From assembly GCA_030324005.1 (NCBI GenBank), contig JARDVH010000106.1, forward strand, positions 70,387,282 through 70,451,281: a stretch of 64,000 bases of DNA. The letters are read 5' to 3'. Below, in pieces: positions 50,546 through 64,000 of the stretch (its first letter is position 1; each line of letters opens with the position of its first letter). The translations under genes were made by a program, and so were the position numbers. Under the pieces are notes generated by a model. It saw only the letters and a program-made list of their open reading frames with translations. It made no database searches and was not told where the DNA came from. Origin of the DNA: Negaprion brevirostris. Its lineage: Eukaryota.

Positions 50546-51432
50546 AGGAAATAACCCCCCAGTCAACTCTACAAGAGGACTACCAACGATAGATGGCTGC
50601 ATAATTTCTCAAGGATTCCGACTCCAAAGTTAACTGAGAGGTTCCTTTGCAGATTGCTCCTCCAAAAAGCACAGATATTGGATAGAGGTTAGTGAATGTT
50701 TTGATAGTCCCACTGGTGCCTTGCTTGGGTACAGATTTACATGCGTTTAGCTACTGCATTTAGACCTGTTTTATGGGCTTATAGTCTGAAAGGTATTCAA
50801 ATATCAACTGGTAGCAATTAAACCTCTGCAACATCGTTGTGGGTGCCACCAGAATAATTTTCTCGTGGGGTCTGCTGGGGTGAAGCTCTGAAATGCTGGC
50901 TTGTTAAACCTTTTTTGAAAAGGGTGGAGATGCTTTGCCTTTGTTCTGCATGATACTTAGCAACTAAGCGTGTCAGATCAACTTGCACTGATGAGTTAAT
51001 GGTGAGTAGTTGAGTGGTTAGCAACACCCAAATCAAAAATATATCAAGCTCAAAAAAATTCAAAATCAGACTAGTGGTGTTCTTGGTTTGTTTTTCCAGT
51101 TTCTCAATCATTGCTCACTAACGTCATTTTCATCTTTTACTTAAAAGTTTACTTGTCTCAAACAGTTTTTAAGTACTTGAGAAAAATGTGGCAGCCAAAA
51201 ATGTCACTTTTTTTTTTACAGGAAAGCATTAAATGCATTCTTTGTGAACGCATTAATGTATTTGACAGAATTGTCTCAGCTTTGGCAAAAGTTGGTGTAG
51301 ACATATTGCCTAAACTTCGTTTATATTGACTTTCGCCATTTATCTCAAGATAAAATCTCCTGTCAAATTGGTAGATGAGACTCAGTTATGAGTGCTACCA
51401 CACATTTATCACATTGAAAGCTAGATGAGGCA

Positions 51433-51762
51433 GAATGGTACGGCACAGTAGCAGAGTGGTTAGCACTGCTGCTTCACAACTCCAGTGACTTAGGTCACTG
51501 TCTATGTGGAGTTTGCGCATTCTTCTCGTGTCTGCGCGGGTTTCCTCCGTGTGCTCTGGTTTCCTCCCACAGTCCAAAAATGTGGTTAGGTTGATTGGCC
51601 ATGTTAAAATTGCCCCTTAGTGTTCTGAGATGCGTAGGTTAGAGGGAATAGTGGGTAAAATATGTGGGGATATGGGGATAGGGCCTGGGTGGGATTGTGG
51701 TCGGTGCAAACTCGATGGGCCGAATGGCCTCTCTCTGTACTGTAGGGTTTCTGCGTTTCTAA
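51433..51762 (+). mobile_element. HE1/V-SINE-like SINE
   Basis: GTGGTTAGCACTGCTGC head, V-domain, tail GGGCCGAATGGCCTC...CTGTAGGG. Confidence 0.85.
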
Positions 51763-53849
51763 GAAGCTGCATTATGTGCTAGACACTCAGCAGATCTCGC
51801 AGTTCCAAGATTCCAATGCTACTTTTTGTATAATTGGCACTTGTATTATTGCTGAAGAAAAAATAGCCATTTCTTCCACTAGCTAAAACTTGANNNNNNN
51901 NNNNNNNNNNNNNNNNNNNNNNNNNNNNNNNNNNNNNNNNNNNNNNNNNNNNNNNNNNNNNNNNNNNNNNNNNNNNNNNNNNNNNNNNNNNNNCTGAAGT
52001 GGCTCAGTTCCACCTTCCCGCTTTCTCCCCATAACCCTTAATCCCCTTGCCTACCAAAAACCTATCTACCCGCGTCTTATTATCACAACAGTGCATGTAT
52101 GCAGAGGACAAGGCCACAATTACTAACCCTCCTTGTCAAACTGAGGAAAAATTAGAATAGTAAATCGGAATATTGAAAACATTTTACCTGTGTGTAGTGA
52201 TGCACACCAACAAAAAAAATTAAGGTTAACCCTTGCCTTTTAAATTAGCTCTTGGGATGAGTGTGACGTAAGTAAGGAAGTATTTCTTGCCCATCTAGCT
52301 GCCCAAGACAATAAAAATCTCTCTCTCAGGATCACCCAATTCATACAAGATAGGTGCTCATACAAAAATAACGACTACTTGCAATAATGCAATGAGGTAA
52401 ACACTTCAGGAGAGAGAGAGAGGAGGGAAATAATAAGGAAGCAAAATAAGAAAATAAGAGATTGCAATTTAAAATACTGCAAGATCTGTGGATTCTAATG
52501 ACATTGGAAAAGCAGGGCATCCAATATCTGTTTACCACTGTCAAAGAGTGAAGCTTCTGTTCTGTATTTTTTTCTGCAGCTGTTCATTAGAGTACACTTG
52601 GCAGAAATACAATGAAAATTCAAGAAAGAAGATTTAGTTTAACTGGACAAAAACAACACAGACCATAATCTTCCACCAAATTGAGGAAGAGAAAAATGAA
52701 AAACAATGGTATGAACCAGGGAATTTACTAATGTAATCTGCAATCTTTAGAGCTGTGCAGAACACGAATTTTCTCAGCATGAAAAATTAACTGCTGTTGC
52801 AACTGTAAAAATGCACACTCAAAATGAGAGAGATCTCCAGAAAAACTTGTGTAAAAGCCAATCTGAAAACACAAACACTTGCAAATTATTAGCTACAAAC
52901 AGCCTTCCGTTTATCAAGCCCTTTTTTAACTTAAAAATGGGACACAGTCTTGTGTCACATTTTAAAATGGCCGAAGTATGCACAGGCCAGGGCCACCAGA
53001 CTGTTGATGGAATCCTTTTTGTGCATGCCATTTTAAGTTGCTGTCCCTGTTTCCAAAAGCACCCCATGGACAACATGTACCAGAAGATGTGTATGTGTGC
53101 CTTAGGAATAGGATCCTCTGTAGAGTTACTATAATTGGTATATCAAGGGAGAAGGCTTTGTTGGATCTGGAGAAATGAGGCAGATCAAGTGGAGCAAGTT
53201 TCAGATGGAGCATTTAGGGGGCAGTGATTTTCAATATCAAAGTTCAGATTATCTATGAAAAAGGACAAGCAGCAATCGAGAGTAGAAACATTTAATTGAC
53301 GGAGAACCAACTTAAGTGCATTGAAAACAGATCTAATCTGGATAAAGGCAAAATGTTCCTTGATTAATGAAAGAGATGGGTCAAGAAGCAGAGAAGGGGT
53401 GCATTACAGACGACATGTTGACAATACAAAAAAGCAGGCTGAATATAGAAAGCCCAAAGGAGAGGTGGAAATGGAAAAAAGCACAAAAAAGAACTTTGTG
53501 AAAATAACCTAGCAGCTACCATAAAAGGCAATTCAAACCAGTGTTCTAGCCAGGCTGCCTTTATCTGAATTCATCAAGAACTGGAGACCATCACTCCTGT
53601 GACATCTGCACAACCTTCTCTGCCTCTGCTCAACTGAGGAGGCAGTGCCCCAGGGTACACATGATGCAAGAGATTGTGAGTATGTACAAGAACAAGGGCT
53701 ATTGCAGTGATTGCAAAAATCGTTATAGCATTGCCTTGCTGAACATTTGGGGTGGGGGGGTGCGGGGGAGAGGAAGAAAGTGGAGGAATATTTGCTTGTG
53801 TTCCCTTCATCAGATTGCATACCTTGGTTTGATTAAATCTACCTTCTGG

Positions 53850-55110
53850 TTTGAGAACTCAAAGAATCAACATGACCATCTCAGCTGCAATAGAAATGCT
53901 GTGAACACTATACATTGCCATCCAACAAATCTGACCATCTGAGCAGAGGTGGTCAATTTAAACTGTTGGAGAAAACTGACTGCCAATGCTGCCGAGCGTG
54001 ACCTCCTCTTTCCATGACATGATGAGGAAGGACAATCATGACAGGGCAGCACTGGGACTATTTCAAATCCAGAGTGGGCTCAAACAGGGTTGTTCTGTCC
54101 CCCAGCATTTTCTTCTTTTTGCTGCTGTCACACATTTTTAGGTCATCCACCTAGCTGTTTACTGGAATTGATGGAATGCCATTCAGCCTTGCTTAATTAA
54201 AATCCAAGACAAAGGTATGTCAAGTCCACATCAGAGTTGCTCGAAGTTGACAATGTTGCGCTAACATTCCACACTAAGGAACACTTTCAGCAACAAATGG
54301 ACCTGTGAAGACTTCTGTCTGAACATCAGTCTCAGGAAGACAATGGTCATGATCCAAGATGCTGCCATAAAGCCAACTATCACCACTGACAACTTGATGC
54401 TGGAGACTGTTAAAGCTTTACATATTTATTCTCAATAATCAACAGTACCCTGTCACTTAATGCCAAAATGAACATGTGTATTGCAAAAGCTGCAGCTGTG
54501 GCACCAAGCTAAAGAATACAGAACAGCAACAAACTGGCAGAAAACACCAACTGCGAGTCTATCAAGCCTGCATCCTCAATGCTCTCTACAGTGGTCGGAC
54601 CTGGACAACATGCTAGATAGGGGAGAAGGCTGAATAGTTTCCGCTTTCACTAACTCAAATGCATCTTCAGCATCCTGACAGGACATGGTCACCAACTCAA
54701 GAGGTCCTGGAGTGTGCTAGATCCATCAGCAAACACATTGCTTAGCCAAAGACATCTGTGCTGGCTCAGCCAAGTTCATCTGATGGGCAACAACCATATA
54801 CCCAAAGATCTGCTGTAGTGAATTGACCACTAGGTCATGGTCTTTTGGATATCTTTCTCTCTCCCACAAGGAAACCTGCAAAAATGAGATGATGATGGTA
54901 GACATCAATAACTACTGACAAAGGTGAGAAGAACAGAAGCTCAGCTGCCCCAAAAGAAGATTCAAAGAAAACATGCACTTCCTCAGCCCATTGTTTTCCT
55001 CTACAGCAAACGTGGCAGGCACTACCACACCTGAGAAGAGCTCCTGAGCCACACCTGTTTAACACAGGTGACCACACCACTAATCATCTTACAAGACAGA
55101 AGTCTGCCAT
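53850..55110 (+). mobile_element. Degenerate RTE (BovB-like) LINE
   Basis: KLLEKTDC, FHDMM and FQIQSGLKQGC (54061-54093) resemble RTE RT motifs; 5' boundary uncertain. Confidence 0.7.
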
Positions 55111-55339
55111 AAGGCAAAACAAAAGGCAGCATCAGAGGCTAAAAAAAAAATGAAGATATTAGAAGGCTAACTTTACTTAAAAGTAGATAAGCCACCAGAT
55201 CCTGGTGGGATGCATGTTGAGGGAAGCCAGGGAAAACCATACCCTCGGTCTGAATCTTCCAATCCACTTTAGTTAGGGGTGGTGCTCAATGGCTGGAGCA
55301 ATGTAAACTTACATACACCTTTATGCATAAAAGAGCGTA

Positions 55340-55630
55340 AAGTTTATTTGTCACAAGTAGGCTTACATTAATACTGCAATGAAGTTACTGTGAAAATTCC
55401 CGAGTCACCACACTCCTTGTTCTGGTGCACCAAGGGAGAATTTAGCATATCCAATCCACCTAACCAACACATCTCTAGACAGTGGGAGGACTGTGGGCAA
55501 CCAGAGGAAACCCCACAGACATGGGGAGAAATGTGCAAACTCCACACAGGCAGGGACCCAAGCCAGGAATCAAACCCAGGTCCCTGGCGCTGTGAGGTAG
55601 TAATGCTAACCATTGTGCTATCATGCCATC
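55340..55630 (-). mobile_element. HE1/V-SINE-like SINE
   Basis: Reverse complement of the 17480-17756 family (TGGTTAGCATTACTACCTCACAGCGCCAGGGACCTGGGTTTGATTCC). Confidence 0.82.
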
Positions 55631-58600
55631 CACAGATAAACTCTCTAACTACAGGCCATCCAATTTAACCCTGGTGGTGAGAGATTTTAAGAAACAACAG
55701 TCCAGGACAAAACTAAATCACTAAAAGACAAGGAAAGCCAACCACAAACAAGCTTTTCACATGATACAAGAGAGGTTAATGAGTAATGCAGTTGATGGGG
55801 GCTTCCAAAAGGTCCTTGACGAAGTGCCACATAATACACTGGTCAGTAAAACTGAAGCCCATGGAATAAAAAGGAGAGCGTCTGAAGCACGACAAAACAG
55901 AACAGCAACGATTGGTTGTTTTATTGGGAATGGAGGAATGTATATTGTTGGAGTTCCCCTGGGCTTGGTACTGGGACCACTACTTTCCTAGACGTATATT
56001 AATGAGTTATACTTTGGTGTGAAAATTTGGAATTGTAGTAAACAGTGAAGAGGATGCTGATTAAGTACAACAGGATATATGAGACAGGTTGGTGGAATGT
56101 GCAGATATCTGACAGATGAAATTTGCCACAGTGAAGTACAAAATACATTTCAGTAGAAGAATAGAGGCAATAAAGAATACAATATAAAGGGTACAGTTCT
56201 AAAACGGATGTGGGAAACAGGGTGACCCGAGGACGCGCGCACATAAATTGTTCAAAGTAGCACAGCAGGTTGAAAAAGTAGTTAAAAAGCATATAGCTTT
56301 TTAAAGCTTTCTAAACTTAGTACAAAAGAAACAAAGGTACATGGGCCCTTCATAAAACACTGGTTCAGGCAGCTGATTTAACATATTTAGTGGGTTTACA
56401 TACATACTCAACAAAACCAATTTCACCTTTGTTTGTTGTCTTGGTCTGATCCCACATCCATTTTAGAACTGCACATTGCGCAAGATGAGCGCAGGGACTG
56501 CTGCACCACTTGCTTGGTCCTTCTTAGTCACTCAGTACTTTGTGCAGACACTCTCTGAGCTCTCAGCCTCCCAAATGCGGCAGTGTCAAGATAGGTGCTG
56601 TACATGCTCCAAAGCCCAGGCTGAGTTTTGTTGTTGACACTTGCTGCACACCACAACAATAGTAGTACCTGGAGTTCCCAAATGAGCCAGGATGTGTCTT
56701 TAACAGGATTGAGGCACCTTGCCATATCCCTCTAAATATTAGAATATTCAGAAATAAGGTACTTAAGTCTGAAGTTTTAAATGTTAAAATTTCAAAGGTT
56801 TAAAACCTCATTTTCTGAAACCTGGTTTAATTATTCTGGTTCCTAATCTGAGATCCTTACTCATTACTTACACATGTTCACAACCTTAATTCCTTCAACT
56901 CAGCTCCTATTTCTCAGTTCTGTCACCGTTTTATTTTTCCATTGGTTTGTGATGCTCTGTCTTCTATGCTTATTTATCCGCCTTGATCTTCCGACAATGT
57001 TCTTTCAACACTGCATGTAATGTCCTTCAGTGCTCCCCATCGCCCCCACCCTGCGCATTTCTATTAATGACTAGGCAAAATAATTACCAATTGCAATGGA
57101 AGAAAACGGAATACAAAATGAATGGAACATTGCTCCAATATAAACTGGCATAATGGATACCCTTTCAACTTCTTCATACTGCCCAGTCATTCCACAGAGC
57201 AACTTACCTGTCATTTTTCCGTTAAGTATTGAACACAGGTTATATTTAAATAAACATACATAAAAGAGGGGACAAGGAAATGTTAATCACAATACTTATT
57301 TGTTTGTTCTGTTTCCATGTTGTGGTGCCTTGACCCCGCCCATCAGTAATGATCACTACCATTGTATAACTAACCGAGTAAAATTTTCAAATACATTTGG
57401 ATAATGGGACATTTAACTCATTTTGGTAAAAAATGAGGGAACCTTCAAGATCTTGTCCTCTCAGTAAACTGTTCCACTGCACCACACAATAAAACATGAT
57501 TCCTTTTGTAAAGGCTTTCAAAATATCAAAGCTGTTGTTTCTTACCTGATACAGGTTTGAAGAACAATTAGAAAGGTCATCACAATTCCCATGGAGCAGA
57601 CCGAAGGAAAAAGAAAGAGAAAAACTGAATTAAAAGCTTGTTTTAAATCTCAAACACTTGCCATTTTCCTAGAAAAGATCAGCAATTAATCCAGTTAACA
57701 AAAGTACCAGTTCTATCAGAGTTTTTGTGAAATAAACCACAAATTAGTCATCTCCTATAAAGTAGTAACATGAGTTCCTCACATGCTGGACAAGAATTAT
57801 TATACACAGCACTGCACTATATTACACCTAAAACAGGTTATGCAGTCAACCAACACTCACTGTCTCAGTTAAGGCATGAAGAGCAGCCCCTTGGGAATGG
57901 TACAGGAGGATTATATTACCTGTGGGACTGACTGTCAACATTTGTCAAAGTTGAGATGAGAAGAGGGGATGGGTAAGGTGGGGGAGAAAAGGAAGAAAAC
58001 CTGAGAAACAAACATTTCTACAGCTGCTGCATCACAATGCCTCAAATGACATCAGCCAAATGGTTGCAATAGGTCCCTCTGCTTTGTCTGCAGGCAAAGC
58101 GGGAAGCAAAAGCAGCTACCTGAAAATCTGAATTATCCACACTTGCTGCAAACCAAGCGTTGTATTTACACGCAGTGATTGAACCAGTTTTAAGACAATA
58201 TACCTCATAGGCAAGACCAGGTAACCATTTTTCTGTTGTATTTAGGGATTGCCATCTGCATTAGATCACTTACAGGGGTTTAAATATTACCATTTCTCAT
58301 GGGTTATCTAGTTTTTATGTCTAAACAAAGAAGTTGAATTAAGACTTCAACAAGGACACCGAAAATGCATTAAAATAAAATATAAATAAATCTTCCATAC
58401 TTCTGCCTCCTCCATCCTGGGGAATTTTAGAAAAAAAGCATTCTATAGATTTTCACTCCCTCCTGATGTAAAACTTACACATTGTTGGACATCTGACCCT
58501 GGTCTCAAAAGCTGGGTATAAATTGTATTGTCATAGTAATACAATATTTCTAGAGTAAGGAAGGTATCAAACTGCTGAACTGCAGTCTATTTTGAGAGTT

Positions 58601-59114
58601 TTTATTTCTGAAAATTACTCACTGGAATGCTAGAAGACTGCAAGTATAACAGGTTACACAGCAAGACCAACAGCACCTTGAGAAGCAAGACAGGTTAGTG
58701 CTTTGTCTTTACAACAGGCTCAAACTCATCCTGATCCTTTCTACCAGAAATTTTGAGCAGTGGCTTCTTTTTCTTGACATTTTTCCTTCAGAGGCGTTAA
58801 TGAATCTTCTGCACATTTCCAGTATGGTCAGTTTGTACTTGCTTCTTTGAGTTTTGTTGCAGCTGTCTCATGGAAAATAAGCTTTTATTACAAAATTCAC
58901 CACTAATAATTCCCTAAACCTTAGCTGATTCTTGAGTCATCGCCACCCTTCCATTAAAACATCCATTAGAAGTGATCTGGTTAGCAGCTATCAAATAGAA
59001 TTAACGGACACACAAAGAATGAGAAACAGGTTGTAAACTACGAATAGTTGATATCAAACTTCAAACGTTAACAATAAAGCATTAAATGACAACTTGACAA
59101 TAATATTGTCTGAA

Positions 59115-59320
59115 AGTCAAAATTAAAACAGGAAACAAAAATAATCAGATCTGATAGGTTGCCTCAGAGAAAAAAAATTAATGCCTCAGGTCAGTGACTT
59201 GCATCAGAATTAATGTTTCTCCACAGTTGCTGCCAGAATTGAACATGTGCAGCGTTCTCTGTTTCTCCTCCTACCACCTCCTCCTAAATTTCCAGCATCC
59301 ATTGTTTTTTGTTTTGCATT
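59115..59320. mobile_element. Old inverted Penelope-like 3' fragments with hammerhead remnant
   Basis: Minus strand TTCTGATGCAAGTCACTGACCTGAGG (59183-59209) abuts plus-strand TTTCTCCACAGTTGCTGCCAGA...TTTCCAGCAT. Confidence 0.45.
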
Positions 59321-62300
59321 ATTGTTTAATATTACATTTGAAGGTGTTAAAAGGTAACCCAGAATGACTTGCCCTTCCAATCTTCCCACAGCTCCTGCAG
59401 AATAATTTCGTCCTCTAACCTCCAATCCCAACAACGTGATCATAATATCAGCTGCACTTTCAGACACAGCAGTTTGAGTCTATTTTACAGTGATGCCGTT
59501 AGCAAAAACAACTGATCCTATTTTTAACGAAGTGTAAATATTAACATNNNNNNNNNNNNNNNNNNNNNGTGGTGGTGGTGGTAGGGTGCAAGTTTCATTT
59601 CCCGCCCCCCACCCGCCCGAAGGCACTGGTGCATTTTGGTTGCACAGAAAGATTTTCATCAAGGTTGCTGCTGTTCGTGTATGAGCTGGAACAATGTGAA
59701 TGAGCATGCTACTCGACAGATAATCACTGACAAGCCTGATCCTGTTCTCATCCAATGTGCAACAGGTTGATTTGATTCCAATCTAGAATTTATCTGCTCC
59801 CTGCCCAAAGGGTGCAGAGGGCATCATAAATTTTGGCATAAAGCAGGGATCTTGCAGGTCCAAATGGGCCAGATCAATAAATTTAATTGAGCCATCCGAG
59901 TCCCAACGTTGTTCCTAGTTTCATCCAAAACACCATAGCTGCTTCACTACTGTGAAAAGTGCTCGTCAAAACTCTGACTCATGACATGGCACAAAAAAAA
60001 ACCAAACTGAAGAGATTGTTTTGTTTCATAAGTCTCCAGATGATTCAATGCTAAATGGGGTTGCAGCCAATGCCTCAGCAACTGAGCAGAGTAGCTATCC
60101 TAATCTTCACAATCACACCACTGGGAAAAGACCATTCCAAATCAAGGAAACCAAGCCTTTTTAACAGCGATAAGGAACAGTGCACCTGCTCAAAAAACTG
60201 TGCAGAGAGCTCTTATTTCCTGCTCATAACCAGCCAAAGAGAATTTCCCACCATTAAAATGCCAGTCTCCGTTATGTAAATTAGTGATGGGATCAAAAGG
60301 GTCTGTGTGCTGGAATACTTTCTCCAATGGTTCATACACANNNNNNNNNNNNNNNNNNNNNNNNNNNNNNNNNNNNNNNNNNNNNNNNNNTTATAAAATA
60401 TCACTTCAAATATCCATGAGTAAAGTGACAAGCTTTTAATATTTTTTTCAGTGAAACTGTACAGCTACCAATGCAATCAGTTTGCTTGCCCAATATCTTT
60501 GCACGCTCTTATTTTACCTCTTACATAGTATTAAGTGGATGGGTGGTGGGAAAAGAAAGATGGAATAGACAGGGTAGAAAAATAGGTGTAGAACACAGAA
60601 AAAAGGTGAGGCACAAGGAGAAAGACTGAGACATCACACTAAGTGTCCAGTTTTATTTGGTTTGTTGCCGGGGTACCTTGTGATGCATTGGACTTTGGAA
60701 AGCTGTCATTTAAGGTCAAAAGTAAATTTAGCAAGATGCAGTGAGGATCCTGAGCCAGCCAGAGCGAAGGTGTTTTTCGTGCTGTGGCTGAGTTTCAGTC
60801 ACTGTTGTGACCAGTTGTAATGCTCTGGCAAACAAAATTACTGGTTGAGCCACCTGCAATCTCAGGGACTCTCCTGCCTAATACCCATGTCCTTACCATG
60901 AAGCTTATATCAGGTGGCTTAAATTGGATCATAAAGATAAAAATTATAGAAAATCAATGGGACTAGACTTCTGTAAATCTCCCTTTCTCCAGCATAAAGC
61001 TCTACTTTTTGATCTCGTGCCCATCACGATCTATTTGATATAATATTGCTAGTAACAAAGCGCTCAATTGTTAAAACGCATGTAGTCTTGAAAAAGGTCT
61101 CACTCTGACTGCAAATATGATGGCTCTCAATGGAGCAAAACATAATGGTCAACAAAATGTGTGTTGGACAGTGGACTGCACATCCAAGTGCAGCTCTGTC
61201 GACTGCAGATCACTCGGCAGAAAACCATCCTGTCGGACTTCTTGCAGTAGCAGGAGGTAAGGCACTGTGGCTTTTTAACCTCGGCTGAAGAATTCTTCTC
61301 AATGAATATCCAGGGGTTCAACTTGGGAGTGTGGCCTGGTGCAAGCTTTGCCCGTCCTTCTTATGCAAAAACTAATTCCTAACACAACAGTATTCTAATT
61401 GCAGTTACATATCCTTCCAAGTACCTATCAATGGTGACAGGCAAAAGTTATTTACCAATGAGACTGTGGTGCTTAAAAATTCCAATATCACAGCAATTCC
61501 TAGTGCAAAGCAAAACTCAATTTTCAACCTCCAGTGATTACATCCATCCAAGGCATTCTTTTAGCAGGCATCATTCCAACTTGAGCTTTGTAAATTTAAT
61601 CGATGATTCTGCTCTGTGACACTGCTTCTGCACAAACTGGAAGCAACTAAACTATGAAATAAACCCTTTCAAATCAAAAAGAATCACTATTGTGACACTT
61701 TCCACACCTTTTCAGGCAGCTTCAAATGCACAGGATAAATATAAAGGTATCCCGTAACCATTTCATATGGGTTTCACAGCCTGTAGTAGGACCAAGCAGG
61801 TCCAAATAAAATACTAAAAAGGAGCATATGGTCCGAAGGGAAAGCTATAAATTCTTCCAACCTTTTTTGAAATTTTATTCAAATTGCAAAGTTTCAACAG
61901 GTACCATGAGTGATCCATGGGTAAATAGTTGCTTCTGAATGCAAAGTTGTGGGGGGGAGGCGATGGTGGTGGTGGAAACCATGGCATGGCATGGCATGTG
62001 ACAACCTTTTACATGTGCCTCGGTAAGTTGTGGAGAAACAGAGCAGAAATAATAATCTTTATTCCCGGGGTACCACATTCAGCTGGACATTGGTGGTGGG
62101 AGGCAGAGGATTGGGATAGAATCACTACAGTAATCTAGGGATGTGCAGCAAGGGACAAAACCGAATACAAGTCAAAATGCCTCAAGATTTGGGAATGAAT
62201 TAGCAGGTGGGTCAGAGTAAGATGAAAGCCCTACTTCCAGGAGAAAGTGCAGCATCAAGCAAAGGCAACCAATTCTTCATCTCGCCTGAAAATTTTAAGT

Positions 62301-64000
62301 GGCTACACTTTGCCTCAGCACTGGCTATTCCCAATACCATGGCCAGCTGCTTGGCACTAGCAAAGCAGGAGTACAGCCAACCCACTGGCACCACTGAGAA
62401 TCCAAACAGTGCAACAAATCTAAACCACAACAGATGACAAGTTCATTGGAGCATTATGCAATACCCAGCAAATGCTCATCTTTTCTTCACACAATCTTCT
62501 TAGGGAGAGATTAAGTTTCAAACTGATAACGGCACTGCCTCAGCAGACTCTCGTTCTTTCAGAGGTCTCAGCCTTGAGTGGTTAGTGCTGGAAAAGGAAA
62601 AAAATTCATCGGTCTTGAGACTGTAGTGAGAAATAGCTTTATTCAACCAGCCAAGTAAAACTAAGTTTTGGGAATCCTTCATGCCGGCAACAGGAGCAGC
62701 AAGTTAAATATTTTGATTTCCCCAATGCTGACATTCCCAGGTCCAATGCTGACCCTAGAATTTTAAAAAATTACAATTGTACGCCACTAACCATTTTGGT
62801 GCAGTTTTACCAGAGTGCTACTTGGACTTGCACTTGGGAAGTCATACAATTTTGAGGTGGCACCACTGCAATGATCAATACAAGTTTAATAAATTGGCGT
62901 TGCATGTATTGCATGGAAATGGCGGTAAAACACAACACAACTCCAAATCAGGAATGCCCCTCCTATTAATGCTAGTTTAAGGCAATATTCCCGGCAGGGA
63001 CTGACAGAATTGACACTGAAAGGAGGAAAAAAAAATCCACTGTATGGCAAATTACGTGCACCAGTTCAGAAAACCTAATGAAGTAGCGCAGCATGAATGC
63101 AACCTAGTGTTAACTTACAGAACAATTTGAGTATCATAGTATCATACAATCTCCATCCAAAAAGATCTTTTAAGAAAAGGCATAACAAATTCTAACGGCT
63201 TGACAAGATACACATTACGCTGTGGGCGAGGCTTTGGTAAATCCAGCTTTGCTGCTGCGTTAGCAACAAGATCATACTGACCAAAAGAAAATCCTGTGCT
63301 GCCACTCAGTGGTGGATTTGCAGAATGGCATTTGGAATTTTCACTTCCATCTGGTAATTTCCATTAGTGGCCAGCCATTTGATAAACCACTATTCATTGC
63401 AACCAGCATCACATTCCCAACACATAACACGTGATGTTCCAGCAACCACAATGAGTATTCCCCTAATTTAGATCAATCTTTAATCCTTCACTATGGTCCA
63501 GGCATATGGAATGATCCTGAGCCTCCCATACCCACATTAATAGATAACAAATCTTGGAATGATTTCAAAGCAGTAAGCTAAACACTGTTCACACAATGCA
63601 GACCTGTCAACTTGGGGAATATTAAACTTGAGATGTGTATTCAAAAAGAAATCATCTGCAAGCCCATTAAACATGACCCTCTCAGAGAGTACTCTGACTG
63701 AAGTTCATGTTTAAATCAATGTGAAAAAGAGATGGCAATCCAGTCCTCCTCATCTTTTTGTGATTTGTGCTCTCCTCTAATTTAAAACATTTTTGGACAT
63801 TGCTCTAGGTAAATTATTAACTCTTTTTAATTGCAGGCTTGACATATGTTGACTTGAAGACACAATTTTCAGGTTTTTGCCTCGGTTTATGTCTATTATA
63901 TTTGGACATCTACATTGTAATTGGGATAAAGTCCAATGACACCCATTCTTAACTGCACTGATTCCACCAAGACTGCTATAGGGAGCCAACAAAATGTCAG

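Larger units (their letters stand above)
53135..56370 (+). mobile_element. Degenerate CR1 host containing nested RTE and SINE
   Basis: LKVDKPPDPGGMH (~55177) and FQKVLDEVPH...EAHGI (55803-55868) are CR1 RT-like motifs. Confidence 0.65.

Noticed and set aside
61127-61321. GC-richer segment with short ORFs and a GTAAG donor
   Set aside because: No recognisable protein similarity or convincing acceptor

Overview
Eukaryotic DNA, most likely from a shark (elasmobranch), judged from HE1/V-SINE-like, DeuSINE-like, CR1 and Penelope repeats. It is AT-rich, repeat-dense, and comes from a draft assembly with about 14 N-gaps, several exactly 100 N. The only recognisable intact coding sequence is the last three exons of nicastrin (NCSTN, + strand, 3524-4640). 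They sit as a GC-rich island inside a decayed Penelope-like element and may be a misplaced contig. A decayed histone H4 pseudogene lies at 38156-38430 (-). The rest is nested CR1, L2, RTE, SINE, solo-LTR and Penelope-derived sequence. Most interesting: (1) a family of short, TSD-flanked, inverted-repeat Penelope-derived elements carrying minimal hammerhead-ribozyme motifs, on both strands in one copy; (2) one copy that appears to bracket about 2.4 kb of unrelated cargo; (3) a roughly 190-bp element with a U2 snRNA-derived head. Repeat family names come from recognition by eye, not database searches, and many repeat boundaries are approximate.
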